From contig NOWV01000014.1 of assembly GCA_003344405.1 (NCBI GenBank), positions 434,001 through 498,000 of the forward strand: DNA of 64,000 bases, given 5' to 3'. The first letter of the stretch is position 1, and the number at the start of each line of letters is the position of its first letter. The notes beneath the pieces were generated by a model, which saw only the letters and a program-made list of their open reading frames with translations, was not told where the DNA came from and did no database searches. Below are positions 39,050 through 52,426 of this stretch, piece by piece. A program made the position numbers and the translations under genes. The DNA comes from Trichoplax sp. H2 (taxonomy: Eukaryota).

Positions 39050-39710
39050 CTGTACACCACCTTAAAAAGGATGCCACCCTTTCTCCTGCTGTCCGCTTGC
39101 AGTTAATACTCTTTAGTGACAACTATTTTGCACCCGATACTTCTTTGGCTAAAAATTGGAATACTGTAAAAAGGATGTCACCCTTTCTCCTGCTATCCCC
39201 TTGCACTTGGTACTGGTTACTGACAACTATTTTGCACTAGATACTCTATGACTAAAATACGAATACTGTAAAAAGGATGTCACCCTTTCTCCTGCTATCC
39301 CCTTCCACTTGGTACTGTTTACTGACAACTATTTTGCACCAGATACTTTATGACTAAAATACGAATACCGTAAAAAGGATGTCACCCTTTATCCTGCTAT
39401 CCCTTGCACTTGGTACTCTTTAGTAACAGATATTTTGCACCAGATACTCTATGGCTAAAAAATACGAATACCGTAAAAAGGATATCAATCACCCTTTATC
39501 CTGCTATCCGCTTGCAGTTAGTCCTCTTTAGTGACAGATATTTTGCACCAGATACTTAGTGACAGATATTTTGCACCAGATACTCTATGCCTAAAAAATA
39601 CGAATACCGTAAAAAGGATGTCACCCTTTCTCCTGCTGCCCCTTGCAGTTCTGTTTAAAGACAGATATTTTGCACCATTTACTCTATGGCTTAAAAATTC
39701 GAATACGGAA
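39050..39710. repeat. Young ~102-bp tandem array (~6 units)
   Basis: The unit AC(T/C)GTAAAAAGGATGTCACCCTTT.TCCTGCTATCC...TATTTTGCACCAGATAC occurs at about 39163, 39265, 39366, 39470 and 39606. Confidence 0.9.
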
Positions 39711-40933
39711 GGACAGCAGGATGAAGGGAGTCATCATTTCGTGTCCAGACTAGATTCAATGTTGACGGTAAACTGCAGTAAGAATAGTAACCGCAGGGAT
39801 TCCTCAACGGCAATGTTTTTACGGCACTGGTAGCCGTTACTAGGGACTACTGTACTAATATTAGATAAAAAAAGAAAAGGAATGGGATATCAAACGGTCG
39901 TTGTACTAAGAATCAATGTATTGGCAGGCTGATTATAATTTTACTCTGCTTACTGGTCGTTTCAACGGTAGCGTATGTCTGCTTCAACGGTATACTATAC
40001 GCATCCTGTCTGCGATTAACATCCAAATTAACTGCTGGGTTGATTTGGTGCAGTAGGGTAAACGGTTTTATTCATACCGTACAATAAAGTGACCAAAAAA
40101 TGGTCAGCCTCCGAATTATTTTACGTTGACGACCGTTCCTTTCTTTTTGAGTAGTGCCTGCCATTACTACTGTTCTCTACCATGTAGATATGACTTTGAT
40201 TTCCCTTACTTATACTATCGTAGTATGGAGGAACCAGAAGTTTGATAGTGGGATTATTTTGAATTCAAGTTTTTTTGCTCTGTAAAACAAGCCAATCAAG
40301 TGGAGAGTACAGTACAGTATATATATATATACAGTGGTTCACAAATACTGGAAGCAATAACTTGTGCCATTCTGATTAATAACTCAAACTAATTGGATGG
40401 CTCAAATCTAGTGCATAGCTCTCAAATAGTATACTGTAAAAAGCAATAATAAACTTGGTGCTGCTCCGATAAACTACTGCAACCAACTGGATAGCTAAAT
40501 CAAATGTACTGGATTAGTACATGTTCATTTAGTAGTACATATCAAACGCCTCTGTCTTAACAGTTTATATCCATTGGTTTACAGTTAGTGTACAGTATTC
40601 ATTCAGTGAATATGTATTGGTATAGAATTGCATAAAATTAATTAATTTATGGCCGGATTACTTTAGCTGATTATGCAGTAGTTACAGGACGATCCCATTC
40701 AGCCAATCACGCTGTAGTTGATACAGTACTGATGCAGCCAACGCAAACTGGAATAAATACCCTACTACGGCATACTGTCGTATTAAGTTATGTACTATAG
40801 AATTGATGAATTAGGACATTAATTGCCTTTTCGTCGAACAACCTTTCCTCGCTCGACAGTCGACATATTACCTATAGAACAACCATCGACGTGTAGAATA
40901 GAATCAAGAGCGGACACGATTCAACTCGGTGGA

Positions 40934-42002
40934 ATGGACAAAAAGCAACGCAAGCTTCAACGTCGATCCGCACATACTATTGCAAGTCTACCATCGAGTT
41001 TACATGACAACGTGGTGGATCAATCACATCGAGCTGATGCTCCAATGGCACCGAAAGAAGCGAAGTTTCCTCGAAAGAAAGAGCCTGTGGTAGTCAAGTT
41101 TCAAGATCCTCGAATAAAGAAACCTAAGGTAGCCAGTATGGACAAACCAGTCAGCAAAATATTAGGTACAGACAAGTACAGTAATGATAACTTGTCATGG
41201 CATGCTAGGCTAATTGATCAATCTCGATATACGAGTACAGTATACTGTATAACAGTGTAGAAACTAGATACTTAAATGCAATATTGCCACGATCGTCAAT
41301 GCAATTAACATGAAGAGATAGACTCGTATACTGTATTAAATACTCCATTGAATTGGAGCGGGAGTAGGCATTCGATGGAAATGCATAGATGGCGTATTAT
41401 ACACTTTCTAAACGGCAAATAACGATCAGATCGTGGTTAAGCTTTTTTTACTGTCTACATGTATAGTAATTATTAACGTATCGGCTGCAACCCACTCGTA
41501 TTGCATCGCTAATAATAATTAATCAATCAATAACTGTAGCAATATTGAGCTCAATTTCATATTTTGTGATGCTAATATTTCATAATGTAATATGACAGTA
41601 ACTCGCCGAGATCAATTGAAGATGCAGCAAGAAGCAAAGGCTGAATTAAAAGAAATGTCCAAGGATGTGCTAAAATTTGGTATTAGTGGATTCGATTACA
41701 AACAACGTAAGAAAGTGGAGCAAGAAACAGTTGAAAGATTGGGTGGTCAAAAGCATAAAGACAACAAAATGCCATACCCGTTGTATATGAAAGTGCAAAA
41801 GATTAGGAAAGACAGAGAAAGAACAAAGAGGCAGCTAGATTTAGCTACTGGGAATATGGATGCAAAAGCTAAAAAGCGATCAGATAAAGACAAGAAAAAA
41901 TCCAATTCTCATCATTCTATCGGTCACTGGGTAGATCGTAGCAAAGGTTCCAATCCTAGCGTCGGCAAGTACAAGAACGGAATTTATTTTGTAAAATCGT
42001 AA
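40934..42002 (+). CDS. C1orf131-like (DUF4602) lysine-rich protein, 2 exons
   Basis: Exons 40934-41165 and 41599-42002. Motifs VVVKFQDP, VLKFGISGF, RLGGQKHK...MPY and VGKYKNG resemble vertebrate C1orf131. Confidence 0.75.
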
Positions 42003-45000
42003 TGTCAATTTAATTGGAGTCTCCTTGAATATCAAAAAGCAATAATCTCATTGCAGTGTTCTGCTGCGTACAATATCATTTCTATAATATTCCATAGGAT
42101 ATCATTATTCTACTGCCACTTAGAGTCGGCAAGTGAATGTATATATACAGTCTGGAGATGAAGCACTATGATTAGTGCTTGTACAAATCGCACGAGTCAA
42201 TGTGTTGAAAATCTATCAATTATTTTATTACTAAGGCTATATTAGCATGTGGTATTCAAACTCAAACTAATCAGTGAGTTCTTTCTTGAGATATTAATAC
42301 ATAGAATCTGGATTTAACTTGCAACCGTCATCAACTTAATGTAATATACGTTATGACTTGACAATGGAATTGACTATTAAATTTTGAAATCTCTCATCCT
42401 TGAATGCGAATGAAATAATTATTGCCTATGAAATGAAGTTAACTTTAAATACTTATCAAAGATGAACTGTTAAAGCGTGTAAAATTTACGACATAGAGTT
42501 ATCATCGACTTTATGAGTTACATCATGATAGCGGCAGCGACGTGATCGTAATAACTTAACAGCCTGATAAAGGATTTTATTGAAAGCTCAGCTAAATCAC
42601 ATTCTACCAAGAAATGAGGGATATAGAAAAGTATTGCAACCATAAGTCCATAAGTGTAGTAATGATAATTTATCATAATCAATATGAGATTATAAATTGT
42701 TATCATCTACATTTTGATTATAGAAAATAACCATACATATACAATCATGTGCAATCAAATTATGTACTTCCTATAGTGCAAAATCTTTGAGCTATAGGTA
42801 CATCTGATTTGAATACGATTGCATATCTAGAAAATTGAAAAATTACAATCTTAATTTATTACGAATATATTCAGTTCATTGAGAAAGGATTACAGGCTCA
42901 TGAGTAAGCGATCATTTATATATTATTATTTTTAGTTCACTTTATGATTCACTATATTGTATCGATATGACAGGTACTTCATGGTCAACGATTCTATTAC
43001 ATAAATTCAATTTAATTCCAATCATTTTTCACTGGTATAAGGTTTGCCGTTAAAGCCTAATTAGAGTACAACAATTTTTGTTAGTATTTATTTAACAGTG
43101 AACAGGCTGCTATAAATTATAGTATTGGCTATAAATCAATACTATTAACAAAGACTTATTCTTTAGTAGTCTCCTTACTCGCTGAATTTTATGTTTCCGA
43201 TCAGTTTTCAGTTCAGTTTGTAGAATTAGAGAGCAAGATTGATTGTGAAAGACATGTGCATGAAAAGAAAATAATTTCTTAGAAATTAACGCAATATCTA
43301 TCATGATTTAACGATTTGTTTTCTACCAGGAAAGACTACGTATACATCATTCTATCCTTTCTGTTATTTTTTAACTGATAAATTGCTTAAGCAATTATGA
43401 GGCTGTAACTTAACGCTCTAGGAATTATACACAATTTAGGTAAGGCAAGCAAAGTCAAACTTACTCAGGGGATTTTGGAGATCTAACCGAGATTTTTCAG
43501 AATTCATATGATACGAGGATGGTATAAAACATAAAAGTTACTAACATTTCTGATTCATGGTAATTATAATTACCTTTGGTTGATATTAACACAAATTACT
43601 AATAACGAATCTTACAAATACTATATAATGCATTTATGAAACACTATAATCTTTGCATGCTTAATATAGAATTGATTATTGATATCAACACTATGAGAAT
43701 TTGTTGTTGTTACGCTCGCATTATTAGCTTACCTATCAACCCCACTATTTGTACAGGAAGGGAAATTAAACATTCATGGATTAAATTATGGAGATAAATG
43801 CAATATTAGAGTAAGCTTTAGAAAATAGTAATGCTTATAAAAAGAATAAATAAATTTTCAGTAGGTGACTTGAGCAACAACTATTAGCATGGATATGAGA
43901 TTGGTTATCTGATACCACGATTGCAATAGATTTAATGTGCTATATTACGGCTTAAAAAGCCACCCTTGATAAAATCTTGAAACTTTACATTAATCCATAT
44001 CGTGAAGCACTGAGCAAATGCATTAGCATAGTGTATAGTACTATACGGGTACAAAGAGCAATATACGCTTATTTCTACTTACTCGCTGAGCCACCATAAT
44101 TTAGAGTTCGTAAATGACAGAATTGGAAAGGAGTAGAAAATAAGAATAGTCGAATAATTGTAATAATTCTTAATGATAGATTAAATTAATCAGTTACAAG
44201 TTAGCATTATTATAACTGAAATAGTTTAAATCTACTACATTTAGCAATATAACTCACTTTATACTTGGCAATTTTTCGATTTGAATATCAATCAATGTGG
44301 GAGATTTAGCGTTTAAAATAGAGATATGATATAAAGATAATTACATTAAGCAAAATACAGCAATATTATAATCTCTAAGACATTAACATAAAACGATCTT
44401 GTAAACGTAAAGAGAACTGATTTGTAGCAGCTTTGAGAGTGTAGTTGCTCCTAGTTGGTATCGAAAAAATGTTCATGTTAAAAGAATACACTATTAAGCT
44501 TACCTCCTGTTACAACAATATATTAATTATGAGTTTAGGTTTGGTACGAAAACGCCAGTAAAGACATAAAAAAGTGACAAAATACTGATGAGTACGGATA
44601 ATCAGTTGTAGTACTTGTATTACATTTATAGTCAGATAAAATAAACATCCGAACTGCAACCTTACATTGCAATTTGTCCGAAAATGGCGATGATTATGAT
44701 CAGTAATAGAATCACATAAGTTAATTGTTTCATGTTCATTTTGATTGGATTGGCAATAATGGCAAATAGAGAAAGTTTATTCCTGATAATATTGAAAACG
44801 TGAAGAATAATGAGATAATAAAGTACTATTACTTATCATTAATGTAGTGATCCAATTTTCGGTCTTACCTTCTTATTACGGATGACTCAATCCAGCAAAC
44901 AGATATCTATCAGTAATCAGTATACGTCTATGGTTATAGGTGGATATAATGAAAAATTAAGATAAGAATTATTTAAATTGAATTCGAGATTCTTATACTA

Positions 45001-46093
45001 GATGCACTACCAATTTGTATTGCAATTCACGAAGGTCAAAGTACATAAATCTTATTCTGGAAGAATCCTACGGGAGTAAACTTTGATTTAGGTATAGGAT
45101 TGCCAGTATATGTAATGTTTACATCAATTAAAACCCTTCTCTAAAGCAATATTTTTAATGCTGTCAAGCCAATAAAATACTTGAAAACAACTAAATAAAT
45201 AAATACCACCCGTGTTTGAGGTACTATCCTATTATGGAAAGCATATACTGCGCTACGGCGCATAATGATTTCAGCAGTCATTCTAATTGGTTTCTGAATT
45301 TATACAAGTAGCTACATTTCAATATTGTCATTCTTAGTTTTAGTCAATCAATCACCTGTTTAGCTTTTCTATTAAAAACTCTCTTTGTTAAATAAATCTA
45401 ATCTTTAACATATGCATAAGTACTCTGTTGTCAAGTTCACTATATAGAATAGTAATTGGTACAAAAATCTATTACGAGAGTCATAATAGGAATGCAGGAT
45501 GGCATCAAACGATATCATTACAATGTTTCTCGTATATATACACAGTCAAAAATTGCTTGAAATTATAATTAGCTAGGTTCTAACGACAAAATTTTTTAAC
45601 TACAATAACAGAGGCACACAGTCAAGCTCATTCTATAAAATAGCGACAAGCGAGGTCACGAGTATTTAACCATGATACTTTTTGGAGTTACAGTAAATCG
45701 CATGAAATAGTAAACTCAGGTAATCTCAAATGCAATTCGTTCTTTGAGATGCAAAACTGCAGTTGATACTGCGATAGTATCTAATTATACATTGTTTTAT
45801 AGAGGGGTTTGCATCTGCTTCATATTATAAGTCTATAAAATTGTACGCCAATTCGTTACATGTTTATTAGATAGTAATATGTGATTATAATAAGAGAATA
45901 CGATGTAAACTGGAACCAAAATAAAAGTTAATCAACGGACACGTCTTCCAATAATAGAAAACATGCTGTCCAATAGAATATTTCTTACTTAACTCTAGAG
46001 CAATTCTAGAATACTTTTTAATTCTACGATATATAATATATATCATATACAATATACAAAATATATTTTACATATGATCACTTTCCATTATAA

Positions 46094-49000
46094 CTAGTAT
46101 GTATCATAAAGAGAAAGAAAAGAATACATTATAATATATCCTGGTTTGGAAGTGGGATGTGGGTCAGTATGGTTGTAATATCCATGATAAGTAATAGTGT
46201 TGACAGATTTAGTGCTGAGTTGATTGGTTATGTCCACTATCCAGGGTTTTATCTCTTGCCCATCACACCAACCGTCTCTTCCGTATAGCCACGTCCCATG
46301 TTCGTTAGGTGTAACACCTTGAAGGACTCGTTCTGCACATCCAAGAGAGTTGCCAGCATTATTAAAAGTTCTAACATTGGCATGCTTTTCATTTACCATA
46401 AAATGATGGGATGTAACACAGAATTCGGCACAATTATTATTATCACTTCCGTGGCCTATATTCAAGATTAAAAAAACTTTCTATAATTGATCTGTTACAT
46501 GCAGTAATAAGTTATGGCTATAGTTCAAATAGAGATTACCTGTAATGACCGCAACAAGCTTTACTTTTTTAGTTTTGCTGGTCATGTTAAAGTGAATCGG
46601 TTTGTATTTTTTATTATAGTTTTTATCAAATGTTCCTCCTCTAAATAGTGGTATTAATTTTTGTGGTTTGAGAGGTGTTCCTTTCTTCTTAGCTACAGTT
46701 GTATCTGGCAATACACACATATGTCATTAGGCAAGATAATAATATTTATAAGTACATAATGAGACTTAATTATTGAAAATTTATCTGATTATCCCAGTAT
46801 CTTAAAGGCAAAGTCTAACTTATTTTATTAGAAAATCTGAGTTTCAGGGTCGTAAACCATGGCTGTGCCCAAGGAACAGTTTTCATGGTGAAATTACAAC
46901 TGCTCGATGATAATAACGGCAACAATGGAGTTACCGGCGTCAACCAATGACCAATTCGGCTAAAAAATTTTATAAATGACATAACCATGTTTATTGTAAA
47001 AATGTGGTGCCCAACTAGGCTAGTAAGGTATCAAATTAAGAATAAGAAAATGGGAAGTAAAAATTACCGGCGGAATGAAGTAATCCATCGCCCTAGTTCT
47101 TGTTGACAATGTGATGTTGCGTTAGAACAGCATACATAAAGTTGAACAGTATGATCCCATGGCGGACACTCTTCGTCTCGTTTTCCTCGACACGAAAGTG
47201 CCATGTCTAATTGCACGTCTTGATATTCTAACATTTCTTAAAATAAAGCGCAGTTTTACAGTTAAATTGCTAATCTTGACTATAGTCATATCCAATAACT
47301 GTACCATAAGCCCTTCAAGAAGTGTTAATGAACATTCTACAATCAAAACTATAGGATAAGTCATAAAAGAGAAACGACAGTATCACATATGATTAGGTAT
47401 ACCTTTAACAGGAGGCAAATTTACGATAGCCGATGCTCCATATTTGCCATGAATAGTGGAATCATTAAAGATTTGGACCACCTTGGCATGCTCGGCAATA
47501 TTATGGATTAGATTACTTTTGTAAGCATACCTAATGGAGAAGCGTGTATTAATTATTCAAGGCTAACTGAATTTTGATATAATTATAGTGATAGTGATGC
47601 AATTTTATTGCTGATCTAATAATGTACTACATGAGTGGAATTTTTAATCATTGATGGATAGTTAATCATTATTATTACGTATAGGTCGAACTGTCAACTT
47701 TATGTGATGATAATGTTTCAATTTACCATTGCAGTTGCCAAGTAAAGTATAAGAACGACGGATAAAGTAACCATCCAGTTTCCTCAATTTTACCTTGACC
47801 GTCAATTCCAAAGTAAAAATTATGTGATGGCGTAGTTTGAAAGCTAAAGTCTACTTTTTTTTTCGATTTCAACAGTTTCAAAATCTTCTGCCCTTCTGCG
47901 TAAGAAATCATTGTAGCCGGAATTGGATATCGTACATTGCACTCGTTACCGTGGCAGTTCATATCTACTGGATATTCGTTCTTGGCAGCAATGACTGTTA
48001 ATCCAGCGGCTTTGACTGTATAAGCTGCTTTAACCTAGTCAGTATTATAATAACTTTTATTTCGAATGGCTTGCGTTGGCAATTATTTGAAAATAAATAA
48101 TCATCGTTGTTATTTACGTTCAAGCTACCGTTCATCTTACCATTTTAAAATAAGAACAACCCTTTTGATGTTGCGCAATAGCCATTTTACCGGATAGTGA
48201 GACATTACTACTACCTTTACAAGCATCCAATTCGACAACTTGGATGGAGCTTTTATAAGCACTAGCTGGTGAACCCATCCAGTCATATCTGGGATCGAGA
48301 CGGTTGATGACATAAGGAAATTTGGAATCTTGTATGATGCAGTTTCGATAAAGATTGGAATGAGGATACGTTAGGCACATAGAGGTATACAGTATATTTT
48401 AGAAATAATGTATAAATTGTATTAGTCGATCTATAGTGTAGAAGTAGTGATGGTAGTAACACGCGTATCCTAGTGTACAGCCTACTATACTGTACAGCGG
48501 CACAATTGCATCTGCTTCAAACATGCTTACCGGTTGAGACTAAAATTTGTTGAAAGCCACATCCAAAGTCTTGGCAAGTCCACTTAGATAGGAGTAGAGG
48601 TATCCAGTTACCCATTGATTCAACCGGTAGTACTACAAAATGCATCCTTTTCCCTAAGCTCGTAGCAGCAGCAGCATTAATGTGACTAAAAGTGTAAAAA
48701 ATTGATAGATAATCTTGAAACTTCAAATGTAATGAGATATCCGTCTTAAAATCTATTTTACAGACGATCTTGGAAATTAAAATGTTTGCTCTTATGGATT
48801 GATAACCCATAGGCGTAGTCATTGTTTTAATCGTTTAGTTATTTGCTACTACGACGTTCGAGTTCTAGTAGAATTAGATTACTGAATGGCATTTGGATTT
48901 CATCTTTTATTTGTCTAAAAAATGGATTACTGCTAAGGCTGAATAGCTGCGTCAGTCATCTTCTCTAGTTATTACTCATAAAAATGAATACTTTACCGCC

Positions 49001-49525
49001 AGATAATACTAAGGTAATTTTTATAAAGTTTCTCCATGGATTACGAAGTATACTGTACAGTAGTTTTATAAGTAGACAACAGTAGTAAAGTAGATATATA
49101 AACATAACAATGTACGAGTTTATTGTACTACGTATGTAACTCAGTGAAAATGATTACCCAGATAAGTAAAGATCAGCAATTTGATTTGTTACTCTTTTCT
49201 GCATCCATTGTACGTCTTGTAATGCATGATCTGAATAAGACATAAAAACGTAATTTCCACTCTTGGTGGAGTTCATAATGAGTGCTTTAACGGAGCTGTC
49301 TTTGGTCCAAATGGCTTCCATGTAGGCTGATCGTGGATCGTACGCAAATAGGACCATGGGTAATAAATGGCTTGAATTTTTCGCATTGATATATTCGATT
49401 TTACCACTTAACGTACGTAAAGTAAAAGGTTTTGCTTCATCACCAGGTAGGAATGTCGCACATTGAGTATAAGCTATGGTTATGATGATGAGAGCAAAGA
49501 CAAGGGGCACTTCTGGCTTCGCCAT
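46094..49525 (-). CDS. Secreted PA-domain + peptide-N-glycosidase F-like protein, 9 exons
   Basis: Exons 49525-49158, 48685-48531, 48328-48141, 48034-47727, 47530-47403, 47227-47068, 46959-46820, 46704-46540 and 46455-46094. Signal peptide, PA-like KGCSYFKMVKAA...IPATMIS, and PNGase F motifs CPPWDH, ELGRWITSF, ITGHG, CAEFC and WLYGRDGWCDG. Confidence 0.85.
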
Positions 49526-49624
49526 CTTGTCCACTATTGGCAAGAACGACGACAATAATAAATAAATAAATTGATTGACGATATGACAGTATAGTGCGCA
49601 GACACAACAGCTGGATCAGTAGCT

Positions 49625-49697
49625 GTACCTGTGCCGTGCCGCGCCGTACCGTACCGTACCGTACCGTACCATATCGTACCGTACTGTACACTGTACA
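49625..49697. repeat. (CCGTA)n pentanucleotide microsatellite
   Basis: gccgtaccgtaccgtaccgtaccgtacc run about 120 nt upstream of the PNGase-like ATG. Confidence 0.85.
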
Positions 49698-50652
49698 TCA
49701 CTTTACCATTACTATGGACTTGAAGATCCCCACTATAGATCATAACGGTTTGAACCGAACCTTTCTCAGGTCTAATCCCGAGGGACTACTTAACGCAAAA
49801 TCTCCCAACTAACCACGGTACAGTACTTCGTAAACTATGCCGCAAGCCCCAATTCAGCCTAACTATACAGTACTCACGTTATCAACAATTTTCTGATGTT
49901 AAAATCTTCTGACTTTCTCTTATTACAGTAAAAAAAATAAGACATTTAACTACAGTATTTCTACACCACTGTACAGTGTACAGTGCAAACAATTTGTCAG
50001 TGTCTTACGCTCGTACACGCGTACAGTACTTCGTGGGCTATACAGTACAGTACTGTACCACTTGCACTCCAACTTTTGTAACTTCTTACTTTACAGTACA
50101 TGCACCTTTGGACTACAGTACGTAGTGGTCCATCATCTTAGATACAGTAATACTATAGGAGTGTTACGGTAGTGTACGGCGACTGCAAAAAGGAGATCAT
50201 TGCTAACGACGATAGCAGTAGCGTTGCAGACAGCTGGATTATGATCAAGGTAAGTCCTGTGCATTAGTGTGCAATGGACAGCTAATCAACAATAATTACA
50301 ATATGTGAGAACTAGTTTCTCTTAAGCTATGCTGTAGTATCGACAATAAACAGAGTGACGATAATACATACTGTAGATTGGATGGCAGAAACTAAAGTAG
50401 TCGATGGTACCATACAGTTGTACAACTGCAATTGACAAACTTGTCATTTTGCCTTGGAAAGAATTCACCAATAAAATAGAAATTTCATTCATTCTGGCCA
50501 ATTTTATAAATGAATACGCTCTATTTTAGAGGTTCTGCCTTTGTACGATCAAACTGGTATGACAGTTTAAGCAAGTAAGAGTGGGTAAAGAATAAATAGA
50601 AGGACTAGTGAGTATTAGTAGAGCCTACTAGGAGGTATCGTATTTGGAGGCC

Positions 50653-51230
50653 ATGTCTGCAGCAAATGGTATCAGGCACATGAAGCAGCACAAGCGGCAA
50701 GTTCTCAATCTTTACAAACGAGTACTAAGAGTCAACAAACAGCTACCAAAGGAATTTCGCCTAGTTGGCAATGCGTATGTTAGAGATGAATTTAAAAGGC
50801 ATAAAACCATGGCTATGGATGAAGGAAATGTAAAGGAGTTTCTTTCAGAATGGAAGGTTTGTCCCTTTCTATTTTGGTGTTGTAGATGTAGCTTAGTGTC
50901 GTGCAGTGCAAAGTCATAGCGATAGACTTTGCCATAAAGATACATGTAAAGGTGCTTTGAATTGGACGAATTTCGTGTAATGTGATGGCAGAAACATTGA
51001 TTATTGCCTATGCTTCTACTTATAATGGTATCACACTGATTTGCTATCTTTGGACATATTTGCACAAATTGCAGATGTATGCAGATCATTTAGAAGTACA
51101 ATTAAAGCAAAATCATGCCATAGGATCCAATTTGTCATCGCAGGACCTTAATCGCCTCAGTGAAGATCAACTAGGTCAATTGTATCATCTACAAGAGGAG
51201 GTTACTAAACCATCTATTCCAACACCATAG
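50653..51230 (+). CDS. SDHAF3: Succinate dehydrogenase assembly factor 3 (ACN9, LYR-motif family)
   Basis: Exons 50653-50856 and 51075-51230. Motifs LYKRVLR, GNAYVRDEFKRHK, FLSEW and LSEDQLGQLYHL. Confidence 0.9.
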
Positions 51231-52074
51231 TTGTTATTTAGATAACCACTCAGTTCTTTGAACTTGTGATATAATTGAATTTCTGGGAGATTTCTGCTCT
51301 TCAAAAGGCAGTTGATGATGGGATAGCGATCGTACATAACATCGACTATTGGAATGGATTTATTTCTGTTTATATATAGATTGCAGTATACGCTTCAAGA
51401 ATTGGTTGAAATTGCGATTGACGTACAGTATACTTGAACTTTAATAATTATATATTTTATTTATGATGGTAACAATAGGTATATAAAGAAATATTTAATT
51501 CCATTACTAGTATAGAATATCAACTCTACTGGTTATGACTGCTTTGCAATTCAAATCATGGAGCTAGAAACAAATCGATGTGTGTTATCTTTAAGAATGA
51601 TAAGATCCTTTTTTAATATTGCAAGTAGCGGGAGATTTGAGAATAAAATACCTTCTCGTCACTACAAGATTAGAGTGTACGTGTCGACTGTACAGTAGAA
51701 CTTTATTCTACGCGTATACTTGGTAGAAAGAGAATTTCTCTTGCAAGTTGCATTTGGAAAATCCATGCCTGTATGGTATTGTACGCAAGACAAAATTTCT
51801 TTGTTTGAAATGGTACAAACCCTGACGGACTATTGCAGATATTATTCGCTACAAGGTCGCTCGTAATCCTTTCGATTGTTTCTAACTATGCTGTACTGTA
51901 CATTGTACACTATATGAAGCATTTTGTATTTTTGTATACAGCATATTGTTCCTTGCAAGTGCATTTACTTTTTCTCCATTTTCTCTAACGTTCTATCTAT
52001 TTGCGTTCATTTTCTCAATCGATCAATAAACTTGCTCTTCATCTTGGCAGTCATCTTGAATGATATCCATGATT

Positions 52075-52320
52075 GTGTACAGTACAGAAGAGTACAGTAC
52101 TGTATTTCAAGAAATGATACAGTACTGTACAGGTTCCATACCGTCCGTCCTCGTAATGACGTCATGAACCAAATTGGCCACTGACCACGTGACCATTGCA
52201 TGTACTGTACACTGTACAGTACAGTACTCGTGACACCGGATTTACAGTACAGTACAGTACAGTACAGTACCATACTGTAGTGTACAGTGTACAGTATACA
52301 CAGCTCCAGTACAGTACATA
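52075..52320. repeat. (CAGTA)n / TACTGTACAGTA-rich low-complexity tract upstream of DAZAP2
   Basis: acagtacagtacagtacagtacagtac run at ~52243-52270 plus many variants. Confidence 0.85.
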
Positions 52321-52426
52321 GCATTGTGAGCGTGTTGACGTCTTCCAGCCCGTTTTTACGGGATAAAAACGACGGCAAAACCAAGTCCAGTCTAACAGAA
52401 GGAAGAAGAAAAATCAAACTCGTACG

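Noticed and set aside
39050..39833. CRISPR-like appearance and ORFs in the 102-bp array
   Set aside because: Units repeat in full with no unique spacers, there are no cas genes and the context is eukaryotic.
42100..46000. 4-kb stretch between convergent genes
   Set aside because: AT-rich, with no exon chain, repeat or RNA structure that I could identify.
48997..49051. Possible extra small exon in the PNGase-like gene
   Set aside because: Exon 1 joins 48685 in frame without it, so it is not needed, though alternative use cannot be excluded.
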